Shown: positions 33,697 to 43,037, counted from the first letter of the stretch. The stretch: 54,907 nucleotides of DNA from Deltaproteobacteria bacterium (GCA_030627405.1 DAOUSD010000001.1:1-54907); one strand, 5' to 3'. Notes: generated from the letters alone by a model not told the origin. Translations and numbers: made by a program.

Positions 33697-34011
33697 ATGA
33701 CATTTATTAAATCTACTCGTACCGCATTAAGTTTCAGTAAAAATAATTTTAGCTTGATTGACGTGATCAATGCAATTTTAGATATTGAAAAATATTCGAT
33801 CCACCTGTCCGAACGTGCTGAAATGAGGCAAATTAAATTTTTCGCTTACCATGTTAATGTTAATTTTGATTGTAATCGTATTACTGACAGTGTTGAAGAT
33901 TTGTGTAAATTCTTTGATGTTGAATGTTTTAACAAGTCTAAATTGATTGACTTGTTAGCAGAAATAGATCACTCCGAAGGACTTGTCAATCGAATCGCTT
34001 CACAATATTAA
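33697..34011 (+). CDS. Hypothetical protein
   Basis: 104-aa ORF. Confidence 0.55.
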   Translation: MTFIKSTRTALSFSKNNFSLIDVINAILDIEKYSIHLSERAEMRQIKFFAYHVNVNFDCNRITDSVEDLCKFFDVECFNKSKLIDLLAEIDHSEGLVNRIASQY

Positions 34012-34020
34012 TGATTAGTT

Positions 34021-34050
34021 ACTCCCCTTCTACCAAGTTGGGGAGTTTTC
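34021..34050 (+). terminator. Rho-independent terminator candidate
   Basis: Stem ACTCCCC (34021..27) pairs with GGGGAGT (34040..46) around a 12-nt loop, followed by tttt. Confidence 0.5.
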
Positions 34051-34067
34051 CAGGTAAAAACTAAATC

Positions 34068-34154
34068 ATGCAAAAATTAAAACAAATCTTATTCGCCGTC
34101 TTAATTATTGGCGGCCTTCTTACTGGCTTAATCTTATCAATAATTAACTTTTAA
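34068..34154 (+). CDS. Tiny single-TM peptide, 28 aa (MQKLKQILFAVLIIGGLLTGLILSIINF)
   Basis: Hand-translated ORF below the track cutoff. Confidence 0.3.
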   Translation: MQKLKQILFAVLIIGGLLTGLILSIINF

Positions 34155-34164
34155 ATAAAATATC

Positions 34165-34281
34165 ATGAAAAACTTCTTAAAACTGTCATACATTGATCGC
34201 ATTGTTGAAACAATGAAGATCGCAACAATTGTTTTGTTTGTTGCTTCGATTGCTTTTATAGTCATTAATCACTTAAATTAA
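34165..34281 (+). CDS. Tiny single-TM peptide, 38 aa
   Basis: Hand-translated. The sequence MKNFLKLSYIDRIVETMKIATIVLFVASIAFIVINHLN has a hydrophobic C-terminal half. Confidence 0.3.
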   Translation: MKNFLKLSYIDRIVETMKIATIVLFVASIAFIVINHLN

Positions 34282-34353
34282 TTCCTTCTTTGCCTCGCTT
34301 CCTTCTGGTTGCGGGGTTGGGTTGGTAGAAAGAATAAATTTAAAATCTTAATT

Positions 34354-34827
34354 ATGACACCACAAGAAGCAAAGGAAAAAAAAGAAAAAATGACGAGTGA
34401 TTTATTAAAAAGCTGCGGAGTTTTTTTTGCATTTTCTAACCAACAATTTAACGAGAACAAAACACCGTTAAAAGAAGGAGAAAAATACATTTCAATTAAC
34501 AATGGTGGATATTTGCCAAAATCTAACTTAGCAGCATTTAAAATCGGACTTGCTGAAATTGGAAAAGTGAAAGGGACAAAAAAGAAAATTGAATACGATG
34601 TTTCTGATTTTCAGCCAGACGAAGACAAGGTAAAAGAATACGAAGAAAGACAGGGTGCAAAGGCAGAACGCTATCAGGAATTAGCAACAAAAGCAAAAAG
34701 CGAATCGACGCAAAGATACCAGACAGCTCAGCGTATTGAACATCGAATCCCTTTCTACGATGATAAACTAAACTTTGCCGGTTGGTTTGTAAAAAACTTT
34801 GCCGGTTGGTTTAAAGTATTTATTTAA
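34354..34827 (+). CDS. Protein with a DUF3560-like central segment and an aberrant C-terminus
   Basis: ERQGAKAERYQELATKAKSESTQRYQTAQRIEHRIPF resembles the remembered DUF3560 pattern. It stops short of the expected GQPILVGHHSE and runs into a tandem repeat. Confidence 0.45.
   Translation: MTPQEAKEKKEKMTSDLLKSCGVFFAFSNQQFNENKTPLKEGEKYISINNGGYLPKSNLAAFKIGLAEIGKVKGTKKKIEYDVSDFQPDEDKVKEYEERQGAKAERYQELATKAKSESTQRYQTAQRIEHRIPFYDDKLNFAGWFVKNFAGWFKVFI
34770..34812 (+). repeat. Tandem 19-bp direct repeat with a 24-bp period
   Basis: aaactttgccggttggttt occurs at 34770..34788 and again at 34794..34812. Confidence 0.9.
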
Positions 34828-34976
34828 AAAACTACAAAAATGAAAAACTTAGACAAAATTTTCTGCATCACTATTCACGGTGATTCATACAAACCACCCC
34901 GAAACCTACACCCGAACCAATAAAGAATAAAATACCGAACCGGCATATTCCGAATAATAATACAAATACTTACACC

Positions 34977-35675
34977 ATGAAAACTTTAAAAGACATTCTT
35001 GATTATTGCCAATCATGCAAAAGTACATCAACTTTAAGGCGAGTATTGCCACAAATGATTGAGGCATTCAACAACAGTTCCGAAGTGGAAAAACTACACT
35101 ATGCATACCACGAAGACGGCGCTAACACCTGGGTAAATAAATGGGCGGCGTCTGACTATTATCCTGACAATTTTGAGGAAGATACGCAGGATATTTTTAT
35201 TCTATTTGAACAAAGTTGGTTGATAGGAAAGAAAAAACAAGCACTAAAATTTCAGCGGGCGAATACCTATACGGCTGAATGCGCCATCTTTCTCTTTAAG
35301 GTTGCACCCGCCGACATCAATTACCGGGTTTCAAAATTAAAATCTGGTTGGGAACAAGATTTTTTGAGGGCTAAAGAAATCGTGAAAAAAGAAGAAGAAA
35401 CAGCAAAAATACATGCTGCTTATTCTGATGAAACAAAACAGCACATTGCAAACTTGCAAACTGAATTAGAAAATATTTTTGGCACTTATAATTCGTCAGA
35501 TCGGAGAATAGAGATCAACTCAGAGCTGGCTAAATTTGCACTGCCACCACGGGGAAAAAGGTATTCGTGCCATAACTGGATCGAATGTGCTGTTAATTGC
35601 AATTCGGTTGAAACCTACATTGAGCGTCGCAAAAACGAGATACAAAAAAAGTTATCTGAAAGTTTAAAATCTTAA
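34977..35675 (+). CDS. Hypothetical protein
   Basis: 232-aa ORF with no recognised motif. Confidence 0.6.
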   Translation: MKTLKDILDYCQSCKSTSTLRRVLPQMIEAFNNSSEVEKLHYAYHEDGANTWVNKWAASDYYPDNFEEDTQDIFILFEQSWLIGKKKQALKFQRANTYTAECAIFLFKVAPADINYRVSKLKSGWEQDFLRAKEIVKKEEETAKIHAAYSDETKQHIANLQTELENIFGTYNSSDRRIEINSELAKFALPPRGKRYSCHNWIECAVNCNSVETYIERRKNEIQKKLSESLKS

Positions 35676-35778
35676 AAACCAATAACCTAAAGAAAGAAGG
35701 TAAAAAATAAATTGTAAACAACACATTCAACCGGGGCCGTAATTGGTTCCCGGATTTGGTGGTAAAAAAAAGAATACT

Positions 35779-36039
35779 ATGAAAACATCACAAGCAAAAA
35801 GAATTTTAAAAGCCACAAATGACACTATGATCAGTTATGCGCTGTTAGTTGGTGGTCAGGTAATGGATGGAGCCCGAACCGAAGAGGATGCTAAGCAATG
35901 GTGTGCTAAAATGGTTGAATCTGACGTTGAATACTTTAAAAGTCCTGGCAATGCAGTCACTTATGAAGCTATTGTTATAGATGCAATAGACGGGACTGAG
36001 GTTACAATGAATAATTTACATGCCTACTTAAAAAACTAA
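35779..36039 (+). CDS. Hypothetical protein
   Basis: The start was taken at ATG 35779 (MKTSQAKRILK) because the track start is an upstream alternative codon. Confidence 0.55.
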   Translation: MKTSQAKRILKATNDTMISYALLVGGQVMDGARTEEDAKQWCAKMVESDVEYFKSPGNAVTYEAIVIDAIDGTEVTMNNLHAYLKN

Positions 36040-36043
36040 TATC

Positions 36044-36202
36044 ATGAAACGTAAAAAATCAGAATTAAATTGTCGTGACCGTTATGAGGTTGCTGAAGGG
36101 ATTCCATGCGACCCTATTAAAAAAAGTGACAGATGGCTAGGATTGCTTTTTATTGTCCTGATCTGTGCTGTTCCTGTTGGAACTTATTTGCTCATTAAAT
36201 AG
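36044..36202 (+). CDS. Small tail-anchored membrane protein, 52 aa
   Basis: Hand-translated. It has a C-terminal TM segment WLGLLFIVLICAVPVGTYLLI. Confidence 0.4.
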   Translation: MKRKKSELNCRDRYEVAEGIPCDPIKKSDRWLGLLFIVLICAVPVGTYLLIK

Positions 36203-36232
36203 TAAAAAACTGTTATAAAAAACCATCATAAA

Positions 36233-36421
36233 ATGAAAAAATTATTATTTTTAATTTCAATTGTGTTTGTATGCTCAATTATGATGCAAAAAACAGCATC
36301 CGCAAAAACTAAACACAAAACAGTAGTGAAAATGTCTAGAAGACAAGTAAAAAACGCCAAAAAAGGTAAAACTTTTTATTACCGGAATAAAAAAGGCAAA
36401 CTTAAAAAACGCATACTTTGA
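36233..36421 (+). CDS. Small, very basic exported protein
   Basis: Signal-like MKKLLFLISIVFVCSIMMQKTASA is followed by a K/R-rich tail. Confidence 0.5.
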   Translation: MKKLLFLISIVFVCSIMMQKTASAKTKHKTVVKMSRRQVKNAKKGKTFYYRNKKGKLKKRIL

Positions 36422-36442
36422 ATTATAAAAAACATTACAGCC

Positions 36443-36613
36443 ATGCTCACAACATTCGAAATAACAACCGATAAAAAAGGGATACTCGTTTCTAAAAAAA
36501 GAGGGGATAAAGTACTCAAAGAAACTTACGCCTTAAGTGCGGAACATGCCAACATAATAAGAGATCAATGGATAAATCAATTTTGGGGATTTCCTGCTAT
36601 AAATTATAATTAA
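36443..36613 (+). CDS. Small hypothetical protein, 56 aa
   Basis: Hand-translated ATG..TAA ORF. It ends 2 nt before the next start codon. Confidence 0.4.
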   Translation: MLTTFEITTDKKGILVSKKRGDKVLKETYALSAEHANIIRDQWINQFWGFPAINYN

Positions 36614-36615
36614 CA

Positions 36616-36978
36616 ATGAGCAAAGAAGGAAAAGAAAGGCTTGAATTAGAAATGCGAGCAATGCGGGTATCTTCTACTATTTTAGTAGCTGAGAAAGAAC
36701 TTCAGATAATAATTGGAGAAGCTAATAAGATAGGGTTAGAAGTAGCCCACACTGGTAGACTGATAAAAGTATCACCAATTACTTTTGAGTGCGCTAAAAG
36801 ACTTAGAAGCCCTATGTCGTTCTCTAAATTGTTTGCCGGAAATGAAAGGAGCGTAACCAACACTTATCAGCCAGATAAATATTTGGTTCCATGGAACGAG
36901 TATTGCGCTATGTTCTTTAAATTCGTTAAAAAATGGCGTAAAAAAGGGTTTATTATTGATCCTATTTTAAAAAAATAA
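36616..36978 (+). CDS. Hypothetical protein
   Basis: 120-aa ORF. Confidence 0.55.
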   Translation: MSKEGKERLELEMRAMRVSSTILVAEKELQIIIGEANKIGLEVAHTGRLIKVSPITFECAKRLRSPMSFSKLFAGNERSVTNTYQPDKYLVPWNEYCAMFFKFVKKWRKKGFIIDPILKK

Positions 36979-37053
36979 CCATACATGTCTTACAACATAT
37001 TATTTGTAAAATATAATTATTTACTTCATTAAACCAAATAGAAACTTACAATT

Positions 37054-37416
37054 ATGAAAGATTTAGGAATTACAAAAGGAGAATGGAAAGTTGATAATAC
37101 TACGGTCTATTCTTTATATCAGACATCGTGGGACAGTGGAAAACCAGTAATGACAAATAGATTCTATTTATCATTATATCCAGATTATCATTCAAGCATA
37201 GCTAAAAGTGAAGTTATTGAAAACGCCAAACTGATAGCAGACGCCGGAAACACAGCAAACAAATGCGGATTGCTCCCTAGTGAGTTGTTGGCGCAAAGGG
37301 ATGAATTACTTAGTGCATTGGAAATGATTACTAAAAGACTTAAAAAAGAATTAGATACGCCTTATAATTCATTCGTTGATAAAGCGGAAAAAGCAATCAA
37401 AAAAGCAACATCATAA
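37054..37416 (+). CDS. Hypothetical protein
   Basis: 120-aa ORF. Confidence 0.55.
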   Translation: MKDLGITKGEWKVDNTTVYSLYQTSWDSGKPVMTNRFYLSLYPDYHSSIAKSEVIENAKLIADAGNTANKCGLLPSELLAQRDELLSALEMITKRLKKELDTPYNSFVDKAEKAIKKATS

Positions 37417-37448
37417 AAAATAAAATATATCTTAAATTAGAACAAGTT

Positions 37449-37970
37449 ATGGAAAATAAATTCTTCAACGTAGAAATTGGCCGGACTACAAGAGCCGGAA
37501 ATATGCAAGTACAACATTCATTTGTTGCTAGCGTACCGAAAAGTAAAAATCAATATGAAGTACACAATTATTATCAGAGCCAATACTCTGGATTTGATGT
37601 AAGCGTATCAGAAGCGAAGGAAGTTTTATTTCCTATTTTTGTAGATACAAAAGTTATAATATCAGCTAATTCCGAACATAAGCCATCCCTGATAAAAAAA
37701 TCAAGAATTGAGCATTATGCTTCTATTAGTAGCTTTACGGATGAAACGAAAATCTTATGGAAAGATGCCAGAAAAAAGGAAGCGGAAGCAAATGATGCTA
37801 AAGAGCACCTAATTAAGATATTGCAGGCAGAAATTAGACTGCTATACAATAATGCCGTTTCAGTAGTCAGAATAGATCATGAAAAATTTATGATAGATAG
37901 CGGCACGGTTCGTTATAAAGCAGACATCTCAGGCACTTTGATAATGGAAGAAATAGAAAAAGCACTTTGA
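37449..37970 (+). CDS. Hypothetical protein
   Basis: 173-aa ORF. Confidence 0.55.
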   Translation: MENKFFNVEIGRTTRAGNMQVQHSFVASVPKSKNQYEVHNYYQSQYSGFDVSVSEAKEVLFPIFVDTKVIISANSEHKPSLIKKSRIEHYASISSFTDETKILWKDARKKEAEANDAKEHLIKILQAEIRLLYNNAVSVVRIDHEKFMIDSGTVRYKADISGTLIMEEIEKAL

Positions 37971-37982
37971 ATTAAATAAATT

Positions 37983-39314
37983 ATGGCAAAAGAAACTGCA
38001 AAAAATCTGCCTAAATCACAGGTAGTAAAGTTAGAATCTTATCCTGAAGTAATGGAAAGATTTCAATTGTTGGCTAAAAAATACGCTAACTTAGTTGTAA
38101 CGAAAGAAACCTACAAGGAATCTTTGAAGGCAAGAGCCGAATTAAGAGAAGAAAGATACTTGATTCAAAACATCATAAAAAATAACAAAGGGGTGCTGAA
38201 TGAAGCCAAAAAGAAAATGGAATCTGACGGCGCGGCGTTAATTGATGTGGTACTTCCGGTAGAAAACGAGATTGATACAAGACTCAAGGCAGTCGAAGCA
38301 GAAAAAGCCGAAGAGAAACGATTAGCCGAAGTAGCAAAACAAAAGTTAGCTGCTGAACGCATGGAAAAAATCAGTAAATTGCAAACAGGCTTTATGTCTG
38401 AAATTATTGAGGCTTCAACCATCCCACAATTGGATGTTTTAAATGAAAAACTTTCAGCATTTGAAGTTACTGATAAAGAGTTTGGTGATTTAAAGCTCTC
38501 CTGTGAACAAACGATAGCCGGAATTAGCTTTTATATCAATCAGGCGAAGGAAAGGATTGAAAAAGAGATTGAGGCTGAAAAACAGCTTAGATTGAGCGAG
38601 ACTAAAAGGGATTATAAATTAGAATCCGGCGAAGAGTGGTACGGCGAAGATGATATTGATCAGATTCAACAAAAAATTGCTGCCGTTATTAACACTAAAG
38701 CAAAAGCTAAGGTAATAGATGAGTATCATGATCTTGGCGGGGAAGTAGATATTCATGATGAAATGACTCTTGATGAATTGATTGGACATGTTTCTACTTT
38801 AAAGTTCGAACTTGCTGAATTTGCCAAGAAGAAAAAACTGGAAGAGAAACAAGCGAAGAAAGCGAGAGTGAAATTGGCATTTGATCGGATGTACATTTTT
38901 AACAATGCTGGTATTAGCGATTCTGAATGGATTGGAAGTATGCTGGGCAATGATTATCCTGGCAAAATGATTGAGGGCTTAACCGATGCTGAGTTTACAA
39001 CTTTTAAGGATAATTTAATTGCCATAGATGCCGAAATTACCAAGGTTGATTTTGAAGAAATACCAATAGAACATGCTCCTATAAAATCTTTCGGCAGGAC
39101 TCCTAAAAAAATTAAGCCAAAAGAATTTGAAATTAGCATAACTGGCACAAGGGAGGCCACGATACATTATGTGGCTACAAATGAAGAAGAACTTAATTCT
39201 TACACCAGACATTCAGCTACAAACTGGACTGTGACCATGGGGGAAAGCGAGGAACAAGTTTACGATTGTGAAGAACTTGAAGCATTATTCCAAGGATACA
39301 TTAAAACAAAATAA
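37983..39314 (+). CDS. Coiled-coil protein, possibly DUF1351-like recombination-module partner
   Basis: 443 aa. The N-terminal pattern YPEVMERFQLLAKKYANLVVTKETYKESLKARAELREER recalls DUF1351 proteins found next to phage annealases. This comparison is from memory. Confidence 0.45.
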   Translation: MAKETAKNLPKSQVVKLESYPEVMERFQLLAKKYANLVVTKETYKESLKARAELREERYLIQNIIKNNKGVLNEAKKKMESDGAALIDVVLPVENEIDTRLKAVEAEKAEEKRLAEVAKQKLAAERMEKISKLQTGFMSEIIEASTIPQLDVLNEKLSAFEVTDKEFGDLKLSCEQTIAGISFYINQAKERIEKEIEAEKQLRLSETKRDYKLESGEEWYGEDDIDQIQQKIAAVINTKAKAKVIDEYHDLGGEVDIHDEMTLDELIGHVSTLKFELAEFAKKKKLEEKQAKKARVKLAFDRMYIFNNAGISDSEWIGSMLGNDYPGKMIEGLTDAEFTTFKDNLIAIDAEITKVDFEEIPIEHAPIKSFGRTPKKIKPKEFEISITGTREATIHYVATNEEELNSYTRHSATNWTVTMGESEEQVYDCEELEALFQGYIKTK

Positions 39315-39613
39315 TGAAAAATTACAGCCTAAATAATCTCATTGCAAAACTCACATCCGAAATCGATTCAATGGAGATGAAAGGATTTGACGTGTGTTGT
39401 GATAAAGATTGGAACGGAGAAGGAGAATTTGAAATCGAATTTGAAGATTGCATTGTGGTTATTGGATGTAATATTTTTAAATCATTTGACAGGGACATGG
39501 AATTGACTGGATTTGAAGTTAAGGTCAGTAGTGTTTATTTGCAATATCCTGATAATAAAAAAATGATTCCGGTTAAAGATGTAAAAACAATTGAAAATTC
39601 ATTAAAACCATGA
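39314..39613 (+). CDS. Hypothetical protein
   Basis: 99-aa ORF with overlapping start and stop codons against both neighbours. Confidence 0.55.
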   Translation: MKNYSLNNLIAKLTSEIDSMEMKGFDVCCDKDWNGEGEFEIEFEDCIVVIGCNIFKSFDRDMELTGFEVKVSSVYLQYPDNKKMIPVKDVKTIENSLKP

Positions 39614-40605
39614 GCGAACTATATTCACATCCATTACCTTATATTTCAATTCCAGATGAAATTCCGAATGATGAATACCATAATGGAGAGAAATACAAGG
39701 ACTTTATAAGCTCAACGAGGCTTAAATGGTATTTAACTTCTCCTAAGTGGTACAAATTCATTTGCGACAACCCACAAGAGTCTAAAATTAGCTTAAAGGC
39801 ATCAATGGAAGGCTCTGTCTATCATGACATGTTGGCTTCATTGGTAAATAATGGTAATTTAAATGGCTTTGAAAGAGATTGGTTTGTCTTTGATCCTCCA
39901 ATAAACGAGAAGACAGGAAGCCCATATGGGATTACATCCAATAAATACATGGGTGCATACGAAGATGCTAAATATGCAAATCCCGGCAAAGAAACAACTT
40001 CTCATGCAGAAGTAGTCAAAGCAAAGGCAATGATTGATGAACTGCTTTACCACAATTACCATTATTCATACACCATTAGGAAATTTATCGAATGGGGCAA
40101 GGCTGAACAATCATGCTTCTGCGAGTATAAGGGACACAAGTTTAAATACAGGAAAGATTTAGCCACCAAAACAAAAATGATTGATTGGAAATCTACTGAA
40201 GAAAAGGACCTACATGAAGATACAATTGCCAAAATAATTGTTAAATTTAAGTATGATTTATCAGCAGCTTTTTATCAATTTTTCGAGCATCAAATAACGG
40301 GAGTTTGGAAACCTTTCTTTTGGGTGTTCCAACAAAAAAACCCTCCTTATGATGCAGTTTTGGTATCAGCAGATAAATGGGCTTATGAAATTACAGATAA
40401 TACACCAGGAGATCAAATTGTATTGGCAAGGGATGGAGCATTGAGATTTAAGCAACTTCTTAATCAGCATATTTGGTGCGAAGAAAACGATGTATATCCC
40501 GGAGCTTCAGTTTTTATTGAACCTGACTTTAAACAACACAGGGTTATGTATCCTGAAGTCCCGGGATGGAAGAAAAATGAAACTACAAATTTTTATAACG
40601 ACTGA
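39610..40605 (+). CDS. PD-(D/E)XK family exonuclease (RecE/YqaJ-like)
   Basis: 331 aa. It contains GSVYHD, KMIDWKST (a D-x-K motif) and YDLSAAFYQ segments, and sits two genes upstream of a RecT-like gene. Confidence 0.6.
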   Translation: MSELYSHPLPYISIPDEIPNDEYHNGEKYKDFISSTRLKWYLTSPKWYKFICDNPQESKISLKASMEGSVYHDMLASLVNNGNLNGFERDWFVFDPPINEKTGSPYGITSNKYMGAYEDAKYANPGKETTSHAEVVKAKAMIDELLYHNYHYSYTIRKFIEWGKAEQSCFCEYKGHKFKYRKDLATKTKMIDWKSTEEKDLHEDTIAKIIVKFKYDLSAAFYQFFEHQITGVWKPFFWVFQQKNPPYDAVLVSADKWAYEITDNTPGDQIVLARDGALRFKQLLNQHIWCEENDVYPGASVFIEPDFKQHRVMYPEVPGWKKNETTNFYND

Positions 40606-40606
40606 A

Positions 40607-40855
40607 ATGGAATCAAACAGAGAATTAGCCGAAAGATTAGTTAAAGATTGCCTTGAGAACAACGTAGTTAAAAGAACTAAATCAGAAATGGAAAATCATT
40701 TAGAAGATAGTATTACGTGGGCGATGAACGATGCTTTTAGGATAATAAAAAACATTGAAAAAACCTCTTTAGACAATATGGATAGAGCAACCAGATTTAT
40801 AAGGCTTGAAGAAAAATATGGAATACCAAAAACTCATTTAATATTAAAACAATGA
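40607..40855 (+). CDS. Hypothetical protein
   Basis: The start was taken at ATG 40607 (MESNRELAERL), just after the exonuclease stop. Confidence 0.5.
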   Translation: MESNRELAERLVKDCLENNVVKRTKSEMENHLEDSITWAMNDAFRIIKNIEKTSLDNMDRATRFIRLEEKYGIPKTHLILKQ

Positions 40856-41976
40856 TCAAAAAAGAACAATTATTAGAAGACTTAAAATTCAAATTCAATG
40901 GTGATGGATTCGAATGTGTCGGATGCCCAAAAGCATTAAAATTCACATTCGATGAGTTAAAAAACATGACAGATGATATGTTTGTCAAAACCATGCAAGA
41001 GCATGAAAAACACCATGTAATTGGATTTGGAGAGGCTTACATGAAATTACATTCGCCAGAAGTAAAATCTGTTGCGAATAAAACAGTAGTCAAAAAGAAT
41101 ATCCCTACTCCTGCCGCAAATAAAGTGGCAGCAAAAATCACTGAGCCTAAAGTTCCTGCAAAGGTAGCACCGCCGAAAGCTGCTTTACCTCAAAAGTTAA
41201 TTGATGCCGGATTGCAAAGAGTTTTACTTCAGCCAAAACAGGCGTTTATAGCAGCCGGAGGAACAGAGCAGCAATTTGCAAAAGAAATTAATTTTGCTGT
41301 TCAGCATCTAATGAAAAATGATTTCATACTTGGATGTGCTCAACGAAATCCCGAATATTTAGTTGAAGCCGTAAAGAACATAGCATTAACCGGACTTACG
41401 TTAAACCCGGAATTAAAACTTGGATATTTAGTTCCTAGGAGTGGCAAAATTTATTTCTCGTCTTCTTATATGGGAAAAAGAGAAATTGTAAATCGAACTG
41501 GGCATGTAAGAGATTCATTTGCTTCTTTAGTTTATGAAAAAGATGTTTTTGAAATTCAAAAGGGAACTAATCCGAGTATAAAGCACATCCCTAATCCTTG
41601 GGGAGAGAAAGGCGAATTAATGGGTGGATATTGGGTATGTGAGCTTTCTAATGGTTCAAAGTCTTTCGACACCATGACCAAAGAAAGGATCGATGAAATA
41701 AAGGCAAAATCAGAATCGGTAAAAGCAGGAGGTCAGTCTCCGTGGAAAACAGATTTTGAAGAAATGGCTCTTAAAACAGTTTACAATTGGGGCTTTAAGT
41801 TCATGCCCAAAACTGGATTATCACCAGATCAAGTAACTGCGTTAACCATTGAATCAAAATATGATAATGAAGTTTTTGAAGAATGGATAAAGGAACAAGA
41901 TAAAAAAGCTGAAATGTTTGACGATGATGGCCCGGCAGGTGAAAACCAAATAATAGATATTAAAGCCGAGGACTAA
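40852..41976 (+). CDS. recT: RecT-family single-strand annealing protein
   Basis: The central region NFAVQHLMKN...ALTGLTLNPELKLGYLVPRSGKIYFSSSYMGKREIV resembles RecT. It is paired with the exonuclease gene. Confidence 0.7.
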   Translation: MIKKEQLLEDLKFKFNGDGFECVGCPKALKFTFDELKNMTDDMFVKTMQEHEKHHVIGFGEAYMKLHSPEVKSVANKTVVKKNIPTPAANKVAAKITEPKVPAKVAPPKAALPQKLIDAGLQRVLLQPKQAFIAAGGTEQQFAKEINFAVQHLMKNDFILGCAQRNPEYLVEAVKNIALTGLTLNPELKLGYLVPRSGKIYFSSSYMGKREIVNRTGHVRDSFASLVYEKDVFEIQKGTNPSIKHIPNPWGEKGELMGGYWVCELSNGSKSFDTMTKERIDEIKAKSESVKAGGQSPWKTDFEEMALKTVYNWGFKFMPKTGLSPDQVTALTIESKYDNEVFEEWIKEQDKKAEMFDDDGPAGENQIIDIKAED

Positions 41977-42413
41977 TGGCTAGTGATTATTGGGCAAAAA
42001 GAAGAAACGAAGAGTTAGAGCAGGAAAATAAAAAACCTGCTCCAACAATTCCTGTTGATTATAATTCTGAGAACACAAGAGAAGAGATTCTACACAAGAT
42101 AAAATCACTTAAAAATGCCCGTTCTTTAATTATTGAATCAGCGAATGAAAAAGCCACAGCAATTTCAAATTATGCCAGAAAAGTAGCCATTACAGAGATA
42201 AAGCTAAAAAATGGACTTATTGATAAGTTTGATGGTATTGAAATAGGCCATATAACTGCTTCATCTGCAAGGAAAATTTCCGAGGGCATATGTTGGAAGG
42301 AGCTGAATGAGAAAGAACTTAAAGAAGGTCTTTATAAGGCTAATATAATAACCATTGAAGCTATAAAAGCTGAACTAAATGGTCTGCAATCAATTAATAA
42401 ACATTTAGAATAA
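41976..42413 (+). CDS. Hypothetical coiled-coil protein
   Basis: 145-aa ORF. Confidence 0.55.
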   Translation: MASDYWAKRRNEELEQENKKPAPTIPVDYNSENTREEILHKIKSLKNARSLIIESANEKATAISNYARKVAITEIKLKNGLIDKFDGIEIGHITASSARKISEGICWKELNEKELKEGLYKANIITIEAIKAELNGLQSINKHLE

Positions 42414-42420
42414 CCATTTA

Positions 42421-42471
42421 GCCCTGACTTTTAGAAAGGTTGGTACAACCCCGGTCACTCCGGGGCAGGGT
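42421..42471 (+). other. GC-rich nested stem-loop element
   Basis: The inner stem pairs CCCCGG (42449..54) with CCGGGG (42460..65) around a 5-nt loop. The outer stem pairs GCCCTG (42421..26) with CAGGGT (42466..71). Confidence 0.45.
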
Positions 42472-42502
42472 ACAAATTAAAATTAACTTAAAATCATTTA
42501 AA

Positions 42503-43036
42503 ATGGATTTACAAATTTTATCAAAAGCACAGGAAGCATTGGAAGCATTTCAAGAAGTTGTTTACGACTTAAAAGATAAAGTTCTTAAAGGGACGTATGA
42601 GTCAAAAATATTAGTTTCTGAATATATGACAGAATCACAAAAACTTGGCTCATCCCTAAGAAGTGCCGTACGGTCGAGTGAAGATATTTCTAAAACCGAA
42701 AGGCGAATAAACATGAATGAACTTTCTAGAAAAGTATCTGAATGTGCGGAAATATCAGAAACCGATTTACTCTCATTCAAAGGCAAAAAACGCGAATATG
42801 CAGTAGCCAGACAAGTTCACATGGCGATGCTTCATAAAGGGTTTAAAGTGAACCAACAAGTCTGTGGAGACATCTATGAATTAAATCACGCAACCGCATT
42901 ACATTCATGTAAGATTATTAAAAACTTATATGAAACCGACAAATTGTTTCGTCAACAATATGGATCTGTTATTACTTTCTGCTTAGAAATTGAAGGCATT
43001 GGGGATAATATTAGTGAATACTTAGGAATAAAATAA
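42503..43036 (+). CDS. DnaA C-terminal-domain-like HTH DNA-binding protein
   Basis: The start was taken at MDLQIL. The C-terminus KKREYAVARQVHMAMLHKGFKVNQQVCGDIYELNHATALHSCKII parallels the DnaA domain IV pattern (R..ARQIAMYL...DHTTV.HA..KI). Confidence 0.5.
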   Translation: MDLQILSKAQEALEAFQEVVYDLKDKVLKGTYESKILVSEYMTESQKLGSSLRSAVRSSEDISKTERRINMNELSRKVSECAEISETDLLSFKGKKREYAVARQVHMAMLHKGFKVNQQVCGDIYELNHATALHSCKIIKNLYETDKLFRQQYGSVITFCLEIEGIGDNISEYLGIK

Positions 43037-43037
43037 T

